DNA of 63,785 bases, counting the filler, from Octopus bimaculoides (Eukaryota): NCBI RefSeq assembly GCF_001194135.2. It is 6 parts of 6 records of this genome, joined end to end, with 100 filler letters (N's around TTAATTAATTAA, not from the genome) between each part and the next. Parts side by side here need not be neighbours in the genome. Positions count along the whole stretch, not along the records: positions 21,999 to 50,505 come from NC_068985.1; 5 more parts are not named here. One strand, written 5' to 3'. A model generated the notes under the pieces. The model made no database searches, was not told where the DNA came from, and saw only the letters and a program-made list of their open reading frames with translations. Below are positions 24,813-37,724 of this stretch, in pieces. The position numbers and the translations under genes were made by a program. The number at the start of each line of letters is the position of its first letter. Positions within the stretch are counted from its first letter, which is position 1.

Positions 24813-25007
24813 ACAACTACTTCCTTCTGCAATTATAATATATTGGATAAAAGCACTACAACAATAAACACAAGAAACATTAGCGAAGAAACATATGAAG
24901 ACCTAACAGAAAGATCTTCTCCAGGATATGATAAACTAGTTTTTAACGAACTACACCAAGTAAACAATGAGAACAGAAATAACAGTTATCATGTCGTTGA
25001 AAAATGA
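24813..25007 (+). CDS. Terminal coding exon of the same receptor-like gene
   Basis: ttttattacAG acceptor; open phase-0 frame TTTSFCNYNILDKSTTTINTRNISEETYEDLTERSSPGYDKLVFNELHQVNNENRNNSYHVVEK-stop. Confidence 0.65.
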   Translation, partial: TTTSFCNYNILDKSTTTINTRNISEETYEDLTERSSPGYDKLVFNELHQVNNENRNNSYHVVEK

Positions 25008-25158
25008 AATCTACTGGTGATAAACGATACGTTTTATAACTTATTAATTAATCAAAATCTGATGCTAGTAACAATCTGCTACTGTTCGATGGTTTTCAAT
25101 ATATCACGTGATACTTTTATTGGAGTTATCTCACTTCCTTTTTGTTTTTAGATTTTAA

Positions 25159-25249
25159 AAATGTAAGATTTCTTCCCTGAAGACAGGGGAAATTGATTCC
25201 ATCGTCAGATGAGACGAGCCCCCGTCTTCAGGGAAGAAATCTTATATTT
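25159..25249. repeat. Short hairpin, 31-bp arms (2 mismatches), 29-nt loop
   Basis: aaatgtaagatttcttccctgaagacagggg versus the reverse complement of 25219-25249. Confidence 0.9.
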
Positions 25250-25644
25250 GAGGTGTTGACAGAAGGGAGATTAAAGATTGAATTACGATGGAATCCGGCG
25301 ATGAAATCAATTTACAACCATTATATTCGACCACGGAGCTCCCAGAAACAGCTGTTGGATTTGTAACACTTTTCTTAAACCCTTTAATTCTTGATATCAT
25401 TTCTATTCTGTATAAATCGGGCCTTTTTTTATGTAAATATATATATATATATATATACCTTTTTTGTATTTAATATATTAAATATTCTTTGTATATCGAC
25501 CTGTCTAACTTGCTTATCCTTACATTTACCCCTCTAGCAGCTCAAGTTTAAACCTCTTGAACACTACTAAGTGTATTCTATACTGAGACTATCTGATTCA
25601 CATCTATGCACTATGTATGTATGTATGTATGTATGTATGTTCAA

Positions 25645-25945
25645 AGGTGCGTGGCTTCGAGGTTAGGGGTAGTCGTGTGTTCGATTCCCGGCAGCGCGTT
25701 ATACATTTGAGTAAGACACTTTATTTCACGTTGCTTCAGTACCCTTAGCTAGCAAACATTAGTTGTACCTGTAATTAAAAGGGCCTGTTTGCTTACATTC
25801 TGTGTCACGCTGAACACCCCTGAGAACTACGTTAAAGGTGTACGTGTCTGTGGAATTCTCAGCCACTTGCGTGTTAATTTCACGAGTAGGCTGTTCTCTT
25901 AATTGGATCAGCTGGAACCCTCGTTGTCATAACCGACGGAGTACT
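25645..25945 (+). mobile_element. SINE family C-related copy with tRNA-like head
   Basis: aaggtgcgtggcttcgaggttaggg...gttcgattcccgg head; the body matches 22100-22290. Confidence 0.85.
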
Positions 25946-26694
25946 ATGTTTCTTTGTTTGCATTTTTTTTTTTGTATATATGTCTTCTCATTTTAACTTA
26001 GAGTAAATTTTGACCGGCCACTGACTTGTTAGCAAGGTTGTGAAAAAAAAAATATTTTAACCGTCACCCTTTAAATCCTAAGAAGGTCTTGGAGATTTTA
26101 TAGTCCCAGCTATCGTAACCATTTGTAGCATATGAATTAAGGACTTGCATTCTCTCCTCAAGATTCTAATTCCAGTCATACTTTGCTCCCCACGGATTTG
26201 TATGTATCCCGTTGCTCCAGTAATAATGGGTATGTATGTATGTATGCATGCATGAAAGCAAAGAATTTCTAACGGGACGTGAAACGATTCAAGCTCGAGA
26301 CCAAAGTAATTTGATACAGAGTTCAAACCACGGTGGCATGTTTGTTAATTAAAGACTGCAAACAAAGAAATATAACAGCTACAACTATCAACCATATCAA
26401 AAACGATCGACTTTAAAATAGCAGAATACATTGCATAATATAGTCACTGCTATCTCTCAAAAGGCAGGCTGGACACGACTGGAACGCTTTTGGTCAGAAG
26501 TGTAATCAATCAACAAAATGGTGCCTTCTACTAGAAATTGCGACCAAATTTCTTTCAAATAACATCCATCCTATTGTCTTAATAACGAATGAATTCACAG
26601 GACTATGTAGCTCTCGATATACAAAAGAACAGCTTCATCTCGATTAGAATGCTTTTGGTCATAGGTTTGCTTGATCAGGGCCAAACTGGAATTA

Positions 26695-27592
26695 AACAAC
26701 AACAACAACTCTACCACCTCCAGTACAAACAACAACAATAACTCTACCACCTCCAGTACAAACAACAACAACAACTCTACCACCTCCAGTACAAACAACA
26801 ACAACAACTCTACCACCTCCAGTACAAACAACAACAACTCTACCACCTCCAGTACAAACAACAACAACTCTACCACCTCCAGTACAAACAACAACAATAA
26901 CTCTACCACCTCCANNNNNNNNNNNNNNNNNNNNNNNNNNNNNNNNNNNNNNNNNNNNNNNNNNNNNNNNNNNNNNNNNNNNNNNNNNNNNNNNNNNNNN
27001 NNNNNNNNNNNNNNNNNNNNNNNNNNNNNNNNNNNNNNNNNNNNNNNNNNNNNNNNNNNNNNNNNNNNNNNNNNNNNNNNNNNNNNNNNNNNNNNNNNNN
27101 NNNNNNNNNNNNNNNNNNNNNNNNNNNNNNNNNNNNNNNNNNNNNNNNNNNNNNNNNNNNNNNNNNNNNNNNNNNNNNNNNNNNNNNNNNNNNNNNNNNN
27201 NNNNNNNNNNNNNNNNNNNNNNNNNNNNNNNNNNNNNNNNNNNNNNNNNNNNNNNNNNNNNNNNNNNNNNNNNNNNNNNNNNNNNNNNNNNNNNNNNNNN
27301 NNNNNNNNNNNNNNNNNNNNNNNNNNNNNNNNNNNNNNNNNNNNNNNNNNNNNNNNNNNNNNNNNNNNNNNNNNNNNNNNNNNNNNNNNNNNNNNNNNNN
27401 NNNNNNNNNNNNNNNNNNNNNNNACAACAACAACAACAACTCTATCACCTCCGGTACAAACAACAACTCTACCACCTCCAGTACAAACAACAACAACAAC
27501 TCTATCACCTCCAGTACTAACAACAACAACAACTCTACCACCTCCAGTACAAACAACAACAACAACTCTACCACCTCCAGTACAAACAACAA
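26695..27592. repeat. 30/33-bp minisatellite (CTCTACCACCTCCAGTACAAA(CAA)3-4) spanning an N gap
   Basis: At least 7 units left of the gap and about 5 to the right. Confidence 0.96.
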
Positions 27593-27784
27593 CGTTTTCT
27601 CGGTCGTATTTCTGCTACACAATATTCTTGACTTTTAAAGATAATTCTATTTGCTCATTAATCTTAAAGTTCTATACAGACGGAACCTAAGACCAAATTC
27701 CTTTATCCCTAAACAACAGAGTGATGGCTCGGGGTCTTCCTTTACTACATATAACCTCTGAATTTATTTCGAAAAAAATTATAA

Positions 27785-28830
27785 TGGATACGTCTTTTTG
27801 CTTTTGTAAGTTGGTAATTTCATTACCGTAGTTTTGAGGATTATCTTCACCAAAGAGTCAAAGAATCTCGTAAAAATCGAAATTATCATATTTTGATTAA
27901 TGCTAATATCAGAAATGTCTGTTGTTCAATTGTTTACCTTTTCATTGTATTTCAATTAGCGAAATTAATTCTCACAAGAACAACTGCAGTGTTAACAATA
28001 TTCTTATAGCACAGAACAAACCTGCGAATGTTCAAAACGAGCATCGAATGTATAGACCTCACCAATATGTTTGGTACCGCTTTTAAACGAAATAACAGTG
28101 GGCAAGTATAAAACTAAAGGATATTGTCTGAGACATTTTCCTTAATACTTTGGTACGAAACCCTTTTATTTTGTACTTTTATGATTAGAGATCATACTAT
28201 GACTTATATGAATGGACTCTTTTGATAAATGAGGGTTCCGCAACTCCTTGCTACACAAATGATTTGATAATACCGACCATTTGGGTGTTCTGNNNNNNNN
28301 NNNNNNNNNNNNNNNNNNNNNNNNNNNNNNNNNNNNNNNNNNNNNNNNNNNNNNNNNNNNNNNNNNNNNNNNNNNNNNNNNNNNNNNNNNNNCATAAGAT
28401 CGTCGGATGAGCTTCATCTGTTATGGAATGGTAGACTTAATCTCGCTAGTCGGTCTCTCGCCACCAAATGATCCTTGATTGCTTTTAGCGAGGGATACCC
28501 TTTTGCAAAACATTATGTTCCCTAAAAAGGTATCTCAACAGAGTTGTCTTGTACTACATACAGTTGACTACTGAAGTTAAACTGCAGCAACTGGATTTAC
28601 AGAATATGAATTTAAATAAACTATTTCTGAGAAAGATCTTTTTGTTGTAACCTCCCTTCATTGAATAGCCTCCCCTTGGAAATATTACTTTGATGCGTAT
28701 TAAGTTGTTCAAAGTTATTTCCCATCTATAGGATTTATTTATCATTATCCTTTTAATCCAGATATTTATTGTTCTTTTCACAGATCTGATACGTATTGAT
28801 CTGTTCCATGACGTTTTTTCTTTTCTTTTT
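27785..28830 (+). pseudogene. Possible decayed intronless LRR (Toll-like ectodomain-type) gene
   Basis: Frameshift-interrupted LRR-like pieces LQQLDLQNMNL, NLPSLNSL, HL*DL/SLSFN, LIRIDLFH and an upstream hydrophobic start MDTSFCFCKLVIFITVVL. The frame reconstruction is by eye. Confidence 0.3.
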
Positions 28831-30824
28831 GTTAAATAAAATGAATAGCAATTATGAATTGTAACACATTGATTTCTAATATAGGCATACGGCCAAAGAT
28901 TTTGGGGAATGGTATAGTCGATTATATCGATCCAGAACTGTATATATTTTATTGACTTCTGAAAGATGAAGGGCAAAGCCGACTTCGAGGGTAGTACTTG
29001 AACTTAGAATGCGAATTTAAGCAACTAAATATAGCTATACNNNNNNNNNNNNNNNNNNNNNNNNNNNNNNNNNNNNNNNNNNNNNNNNNNNNNNNNNNNN
29101 NNNNNNNNNNNNNNNNNNNNNNNNNNNNNNNNNNNNNNNNNNNNNNNNNNNNNNNNNNNNNNNNNNNNNNNNNNNNNNNNNNNNNNNNNNNNNNNNNNNN
29201 NNNNNNNNNNNNNNNNNNNNNNNNNNNNNNNNNNNNNNNNNNNNNNNNNNNNNNNNNNNNNNNNNNNNNNNNNNNNNNNNNNNNNNNNNNNNNNNNNNNN
29301 NNNNNNNNNNNNNNNNNNNNNNNNNNNNNNNNNNNNNNNNNNNNNNNNNNNNNNNNNNNNNNNNNNNNNNNNNNNNNNNNNNNNNNNNNNNNNNNNNNNN
29401 NNNNGTAGGATGCAATTAAAGGGAAAATTCGATGCTTTCTTCCAGCAGAACAACGTGTTCGGGCTACATCAGCATTAAGAAAGAAAAAATATTGCAAACA
29501 GTTACAAGTTGGTAAGACACACTTGAAAATAATTTATATTCAGCCAATAAGAACTGTAAAATAAAATCAGGAAATGAAAATTTCTTATTCTAAAAATACT
29601 AGACACAAAATCTGATGAAACTACAAAATGGTAACAAAATACAAAGAAAAATATATTCGTGATACACAATACTGAATTCTATCAAGGGTACATGGTCACT
29701 CATTTCAATGATGGAAAGTGGATCGATTCCAGTTCTTGACTGATACTTCTAATTTTATCCGTCTCGGAAGAACGAAAATCAAAGCTCACCTTTGCGAGAT
29801 TTGAACCCAGAAAGAAAAGTAAATACCAGAAAGTGTTTTGTATGCCGCACTACAGATTCTACAATCAACCAAACTCATTAATATTCCATATAAATACTTC
29901 TAAAATAATAGATAAATACATCTAAAAATAATTCTAATGATTGACCATTTTTAACAAACCAGTTGGAGACTAATTTGGTCGCGGCATTGTTTTTCATCTT
30001 AAACACGGAGCTAGATGTGTAATCGGGGAATACCATAGTGAAGGTTCTGTTTATGCATCTCGAAACCAGATATTTTGTATTCGATGAGCTTCTGCACTGC
30101 ACAGTTTTGTGTCTACAGCATTGCTGTCACAACATATTGGTCATGCAACACCAAAGTATCGTGCAGTGGGATTGAACACAAAATCATATAGTTATGAAAC
30201 AAACCTCTTAACCACACAACTTCTTTTCACCCAGCATTTCTGCACGCGCTACACTGTTGTTGTATAGCTTAAGTCAATTCTGGTCGAGCAGATTTCAGAT
30301 CAAAATACATTCTGTCTATAACCACAAACGCATTTACTACAACCATATCTCACAGAAAGGTGTGGATAGAAGATTTGACTGCTATTTCTACGGGGCCGAG
30401 CGACTGCGTTGAGGTGTCTCGTTTGCTCAGCTTAGCTGCAATGTTATGCTGGCGGCTAGAGCAGAAACCACAGATGCTTGTAGAAATAGAGATACAAACA
30501 GTTAATGTTGGAAGCTTTACTGAAATAAATAGAATACGAATGTAAATTTATCCTTTTCGTTGTAGTTGTTTTTGTTATGGCAGGTTGTAAAGGAACTTTT
30601 CGGAAGTATTTTTAGCGTTGTTTCCCTTTATATGGAATTATAAAGGGACGGGGAAGGCTGGGTGTTTGTATAAATACGAGTCTGTTATTATTTCAAGCTA
30701 ATTGCAACCAAGAAATAGAAGATTCGGTGAGTTGTAATTAGTTCAGGTACTGTGTCTTGTTAATTACATTTAATTGAGACGTTTGCATTCATGATAGATA
30801 GTTGATTTGATTCGTATCCTTTTA

Positions 30825-31207
30825 TTCATTTACTTGTTTCAGTCATTTTACTGCGGCCATGCTGGAGCACCGCCTAAAAGGGTTTTTAGTCGAAGAAATT
30901 GACCCCAGGACTTAGTCTTTGTAAACCTAGTACTCCTTTTATCGAACTTTTTGTGCCAAACCTCTAAGTTACGGGGACATAAACACACTAGCATTGGTCG
31001 TCAAGCGATGGTGGGGATACAAACACAGATACGAAGAGACACTCACAACTCTACTATTTCCTTATATTTGACTCTCTCATATCGCCTCTGATATGCTTTG
31101 TAGCCCTGATATAGCTGTAAAGACTACCTTTCTCTTTATAAATGTTCTAGAAATTTCACACTGCCTTGGCTTTGTTGTTTCATTTTATTTAACACACGCA
31201 CACACAA

Positions 31208-31240
<33 letters not shown>

Positions 31241-31919
31241 NNNNNNNNNNNNNNNNNNNNNNNNNNNNNNNNNNNNNNNNNNNNNNNNNNNNNNNNNNNN
31301 NNNNNNNNNNNNNNNNNNNNNNNNNNNNNNNNNNNNNNNNNNNNNNNNNNNNNNNNNNNNNNNNNNNNNNNNNNNNNNNNNNNNNNNNNNNNNNNNNNNN
31401 NNNNNNNNNNNNNNNNNNNNNNNNNNNNNNNNNNNNNNNNNNNNNNNNNNNNNNNNNNNNNNNNNNNNNNNNNNNNNNNNNNNNNNNNNNNNNNNNNNNN
31501 NNNNNNNNNNNNNNNNNNNNNNNNNNNNNNNNNNNNNNNNNNNNNNNNNNNNNNNNNNNNNNNNNNNNNNNNNNNNNNNNNNNNNNNNNNNNNNNNNNNN
31601 NNNNNNNNNNNNNNNNNNNNNNNNNNNNNNNNNNNNNNNNNNNNNNNNNNNNNNNNNNNNNNNNNNNNNNNNNNNNNNNNNNNNNNNNNNNNNNNNNNNN
31701 NNNNNNNNNNNNNNNNNNNNNNNNNNNNNNNNNNNNNNNNNNNNNNNNNNNNNNNNNNNNNNNNNNNNNNNNNNNNNNNNNNNNNNNNNNNNNNNNNNNN
31801 NNNNNNNNNNNNNNNNNNNNNNNNNNNNNNNNNNNNNNNNNNNNNNNNNNNNNNNNNNNNNNNNNNNNNNNNNNNNNNNNNNNNNNNNNNNNNNNNNNNN
31901 NNNNNNNNNNNNNNNNNNN

Positions 31920-31953
<34 letters not shown>

Positions 31954-32070
31954 GACAGGCTTCTTTCAGCTTCCATCTAACAAATCCACTCACAAGGCTT
32001 TGATCGACCCGAAGTTACAGTAAAAGACAGTCGCCCCAAGGTGCTTCGCAGTGGGACTGAACCAGGTCAT
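30825..32070 (-). mobile_element. SINE family B copy, internal microsatellite largely in an N gap
   Basis: 3' half at 30825-31030 (actgcggccatgctggagcac); 5' half at 31950-32070 (acgacaggcttctttcag...gcagtgggactgaacc). Confidence 0.8.
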
Positions 32071-32585
32071 GGACCTTGAATAAAAGTGCAGTAGTATGAA
32101 AGAGAGGTTAACAGCAGTGTGTGTAATAGACTTACAGAACGACATGACCTTTCATATGACTTACTTCTCCAAAAGTAACACACGAAACAACAAAAACCTG
32201 TCCACAATGATGTTGTCAGTACAACTTGCGTTAACATACCATTTACATGAAATGTTTCCTGAAAAAGGAAGAATGTCGTATGCTTAGAAATCAATTTTTA
32301 CTTTCCCTTACCTCGAAATACATCCAGTGTGTCAAATGTTGTCATCTCTAAAAGAATCTAAGCCCTTTCATGACAATATTTCTAATGGAAAAAATTATTT
32401 CACTTAATTATGAAAAAGATAAAAAATTTAGAAGGATTAGTAAAATAATTAACTGACTCTGTTGGTGTTTAGAACATGACTTTACAAAAGGTTCTTATAT
32501 AAAAAGGGACAGTTTGGGGTTACAGAATCATGAGCTGTCTCAGACAGACTTGTAGCAAAAGGGTTAAAATATTTCTGTTGACCTA

Positions 32586-32636
<51 letters not shown>

Positions 32637-33521
32637 GTGTCACGCAGTAGGACTGAACCCGGACCCACGTGGGTGAGAAGCAGTTTTCCTACCACACAGA
32701 CACGCTTGCGCCTATACACACACATAACTGGAAATTTCTGGGTTGTTTTTTTTTTATCCAAACGCTTAATTAATATGGCAGAAATGAAGCTAACAATAAA
32801 CATATCACCACCATAATATATTTCACTGAAATAATTGTTGTAAAATCATGTTCTTGTAATCATTTGTTTTCCAACTATAAATCTTATAAGTATATATTAT
32901 ATAAACTTGTCAGAAGTACTTATCAGCGAATATTATATTCTAATGTATATTGAAATATAAATAAATATTTTCTTTTTATCAATCTTTGGTTCATTTTTAT
33001 CAAACTCTTTCTTTGTCTCCAGAAAGTATTTATTTCTCACAAAGAGTATAATCGTTTTAGAATTTAAGAAACAACACATGAACCAAATAGGAAACTTCAA
33101 TGTTGTTTTCTGACCTTTTAGAAGGAGCAGGTCAGATTCCTCTCAAATCACATCCCATCTTCGTCATCATAATTATGATCATCATCAGTTTAATAAATTT
33201 TTTGCAACATTAGATTTCATATAAAGGTTCTGTAGATCTGAACCTGATTACATTTCATTTACAGTTTTTAGGGATTTTGATTTCATTAACAAAGATGATT
33301 CATTTTCATTTTTCTACCGCTACTATTCCCCAATGATTTGCAACTGCTCTCTGAGATCATAGGAGATCATAAGATGCTAATACGTCTAATTGTGTTCCCA
33401 ATACCAGCTTAGAGTAAGTTTCTAAACTTAGTTTATTTAACAGATATTTCGTATGAAAAGGTGTAAAGAGTTCTTGCTCATGATGTCTCATTTCAAATGA
33501 AGTTTCAAATTATGACTGTAT

Positions 33522-33744
33522 TTATTTAATCACACTAGTCATCTTCAAGGTTTCAGCTTCAAAGTTTTTGAATCCTTTATCAGAGAGGGCAATTGCGAGT
33601 TTTAGTGATGTTGCATGGAAGTTCTTGCAAAAGTGAGCTTTCAACAGGATTCTTTTCATGACACCTGTTAATTTACCAATCAACTGTTTTGTATAGGCGT
33701 TGTCTGGACAAATATGAAACACTTTAATGCACATTTCAGTGGTT
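33522..33744 (-). CDS. Candidate terminal exon of an unidentified gene
   Basis: ttctgtttattgcAG acceptor; 73 open codons TTEMCIKVFHICPDNAYTKQLIGKL...MTSVIK-stop with protein-like composition, followed by AT-rich UTR-like sequence. No family recognised. Confidence 0.35.
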
Positions 33745-34299
33745 CTGCAATAAACAGAAGTAATTCATCTTCAACATAACAACAGACACCTTGAACAGGA
33801 AGTCAGAGTTATATGCTAAATGCCACCATTAAAAGAAATACATCCTAGATAAGTTTGACATTTAGTCAGGCAATGAAGCCTGACCAAATGCAAGCAACCT
33901 CAAGACCAAAGCTTGCTGATTACTCTTCAGTAAGCATGTTAAGGTTAAAGTCAACAAAACTGTAAGAAACCATTAATAATAAGAAATATGTTCATTCCAC
34001 TATCCAGCCCCCTGCGATCAATACTAATATATTGAATACTTACTGTAAGGAAATTAATTCTTTTTTACTTTCTAATACAATTATCATGTACATTATCGCA
34101 AATGCAATCACACACACACACTCACATGCATATACACACATACACAGATACTGGCGCAGTAATGCACCAGCTCCGACATTCAATCCTCAGAAAAGGGAAT
34201 TTTGGAAAAAAAGCTAAACTTGCTATCTTCAGTTCGGTTTTTTGTGTCTATCCTCACTTATGTTATGAATGTTAGACAATGGCCGAAAAAATACGATCG

Positions 34300-34640
34300 C
34301 GAACACAAGCAGACGACATGGAACTCTACCAAAGGATCTCTGGAGTAACGTTATTCGATACGGTGCATAACTCGGAGATCAGGGAGTTCCTCAAGGTCGA
34401 ATCACTACTTTACATTGAGAAGTCATAGCTCTGGTACTACGGACATGTGATTAAAATGTCAAGAAATGAATCGTAAGATGGACTTTTCAACCGATTCAAC
34501 CGGCAGGAGGCAAGTGTAGACCAAGAATGAAATAGTTGGATAATGTTCATAGCCTCAGTTGGACACGTTTGAGAATCTAGCAGGAAAGTTTAATTATGGT
34601 TGTTTCTGACAGGACCCTATGGAAGAGATGCTCGAAGGAA
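34300..34640 (+). mobile_element. RTE-like LINE 3' remnant
   Basis: Degenerate NSEIREFLKVESLL..IEKS*LWYYGHV.KM, typical of RTE C-termini. Confidence 0.6.
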
Positions 34641-35225
34641 GGAATGGATGGACGGACGGATGTTTCTATGTAGTTTTCATACTTTTATTGACCCGCATCG
34701 TTTATAATAGCATGTGAATATATATTTGATTTAATGAAACAACATCGCATTTTATCAACAGCACTCTCTGGATGTTAAGTGAGTGATTGTTTATCATCTG
34801 GTTCCGTATATAGTCATTTGCTCATTTCCTATGAACTGTAAATAGAAAGGAATGTCAGGAAGTAAAACAAGGAAACTCGTGAGAAAATGATCGGAAGGGA
34901 GTGGGTAGCAAGAAAAACAAGAGAGAGGGGGAGAGCGAGACAGATAGATAGAGAGAAACAGCAAGAGAGAGAGAGAGAGAGAGAGTATCCGGTGCGAAAT
35001 TTTGTTGTATTACGATTTCTCTCCTTAATTATTTCTCTCCTCATTGTTTAGTTTATTTCTATTTGCGGAGGTTGCTCAACCACAAAAGAGGCTTATAACA
35101 CTTACATTTAATATCTTTCCTAACTTTTCATTTTATCTCTATTTTCTCTCGTTCAACCAAACAACAACCATCAAGTTGAAACTATTTCTTAATTTGCTTT
35201 TTTCTTTCTACTTATTGAACTGAAA

Positions 35226-35235
35226 ATGGGAAAAG
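35226..35235 (+). CDS. Candidate first coding exon ATG GGA AAA G / GTAAGT (MGK...)
   Basis: aaaATGG start context followed by a consensus donor; no downstream partner exon identified. Confidence 0.25.
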
Positions 35236-35368
35236 GTAAGTATAATTTTCCGTTTTATTTTACGGCTTTTTTCCTGTTTGATTCCGTAAAATTTCTGATC
35301 GATCTTTAATTCGTTAACATTGTCAAGCACTTTCCCATCCCATTCTTTCCTTTAAAGAGCTTTTCCTC

Positions 35369-35369
<1 letters not shown>

Positions 35370-35400
<31 letters not shown>

Positions 35401-35440
35401 TTTCTTCTTTTTCTTCTTCTTCTTCTTCTTCTTCTTCTTC

Positions 35441-35475
<35 letters not shown>

Positions 35476-35510
35476 CTGCTGCTGCTTCTGCTGCTGTTGA
35501 TGTTGTTGTT
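35370..35510. repeat. (TTC)n-(GCT)n-(GTT)n compound microsatellite
   Basis: Direct reading. Confidence 0.95.
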
Positions 35511-36818
35511 GACGTTGATGAAGATAAAGATGTTGCTGTTCTTACATCAACGCTCTGATTGACCAAAGGTGCTCCGACCAAAGGTCCTCCGACCAAAGGT
35601 GCTCCAGCCTTTGTTTTTGTCTTGACAATGTTACTCGGTCACTAATGTCGTGGTGGTTGCCTGTTCGTGTGTGTTGTATTGTTGAAGATCATCGTCGTGT
35701 GCTCTAGTTGGCTGCGTGTAATGTAAATGAAGTAATTCACGAACGTTTAATATATTTATTGAGGGACATGATTTAATTTGTGGCTTTCTATAACAAAAGA
35801 AAGTTACAGAGGCAATGATCGCTGGCTGGGAGGAGAGATCTGCACTGTGTCTTGGTGAAGGCTCAGTGTTGTACATCGTATATGTCTGAAGTCATCACTT
35901 GCTCCTGGTGGTCCTAAGCAGTCTGCTTTCTATGAATGTCCAAGATGGTCTACCTGAGCTAAGCACCAAACAGTTTTTATAGAGTAACAAGNNNNNNNNN
36001 NNNNNNNNNNNNNNNNNNNNNNNNNNNNNNNNNNNNNNNNNNNNNNNNNNNNNNNNNNNNNNNNNNNNNNNNNNNNNNNNNNNNNNNNNNNNNNNNNNNN
36101 NNNNNNNNNAATTCCAGCTCTTCCGAGAAGCCATATCACACCACAGCTCCACTCCGACAGATCGATTTATAGATCAATCACGGGAAATTGGTGGCTTACT
36201 CGAGATCTCTAACTGAATATTTTTCTGTTCGAATCTCTGCATATCTATCAGATATTTCATTGTCGAATGTATCTTAAATGGATGGCTGGGTATAAATGAT
36301 GAAGAACATTTTGCTGCTATATCAAACAGTTTAAAAAGCTCAAAAGCAGAGTTAATGAGATTTCTATAACAAGTCTGACTCCCATGAACACAGTTGAGCA
36401 CTGACTTTTAAAACAGAGCCTTTCTTATGCTACAGGGGCCTCAACCTTTGCTTGCCACAAAATCGTATAAGTATAAAATCATCTGAATGTTAAATCGGCC
36501 TCATAATTTGACAAGTACTAAACTTTATTCCCCCCTCAAGGGTAAACGCTAAAGTTCATCTCGAAGGATTTAAACTCAAAACATAAAGAAACGTGAGTAA
36601 ATGCTACTGGTCTTTGATCAAAAGCGTTCCAGTCTCGGCCATGCCTTCTTTTTTAAGACGGTACGGTGTTATTTGCAAAAGGTTTGGCTGCTAGTTCTAG
36701 CAGATCGGACAACCACTTAGAAGCTTCTTTTCGTAGGTGTGCTTTAGCTGGTCATATGTTCCCTATTATTTTCAAATATATTTGGAGAAGCTACTCTCTC
36801 TCCCTCTCTCTCTTTCTT

Positions 36819-36884
<66 letters not shown>

Positions 36885-37724
36885 TTCCTCTCTCACTTGG
36901 TGTTATTTATAACTTCATGTTATTTATAACATTTTCTCGAAGATAAAAAATTCTGATGACTTCAACAATGTGCGTGCGTGTGGGGATGGGGTGAGGGTGT
37001 TTGTGATGGACCAGAAGTAAACAGCTCGATTGTTGTGTGTTCTGGAGTGTAGCAGTTTGTGGAAAGCAGCAATTAAAATTATGGGACTTACGACAAGCTT
37101 AAGAGACAAACGATGTGTCAGGGAAGAGAAGCGTGTAACACATTTCAAGTCCACCAGAGCATGTCCATTGAAATACTTATGGGAAATATACATGCATATA
37201 CACATACATGCATACACACATATATACACATACATACACACACACACACATATATATACATACATACATACATACATACATACATACACACACATGTATA
37301 TATATATATATATATNNNNNNNNNNNNNNNNNNNNNNNNNNNNNNNNNNNNNNNNNNNNNNNNNNNNNNNNNNNNNNNNNNNNNNNNNNNNNNNNNNNNN
37401 NNNNNNNNNNNNNNNNNNNNNNNNNNNNNNNNNNNNNNNNNNNNNNNNNNNNNNNNNNNNNNNNNNNNNNNNNNNNNNNNNNNNNNNNNNNNNNNNNNNN
37501 NNNNNNNNNNNNNNNNNNNNNNNNNNNNNNNNNNNNNNNNNNNNNNATTATATATTGTATATTCCATATTCTATATTCCACATTAATTTTACAAGAATAT
37601 AAATAAAACATAAAAAACAGACAGAGTTGGAACTCTTTTAAATAATATATATATTCCTCTATACACAATCATACAAAACCCCTTTTTTTGTATTTATTTT
37701 CACTCACATATATACTCTATGTAT

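Noticed and set aside
25171-25237. CTGAAGA boxes in the hairpin as a hammerhead
   Set aside because: The boxes lie within the paired arms; the hammerhead topology cannot be built.
26695-27592. Regular repeats as a CRISPR array
   Set aside because: No unique spacers; eukaryotic minisatellite.
35306-35596. Poly-Ala/poly-Glu ORF
   Set aside because: Derived from the compound microsatellite.
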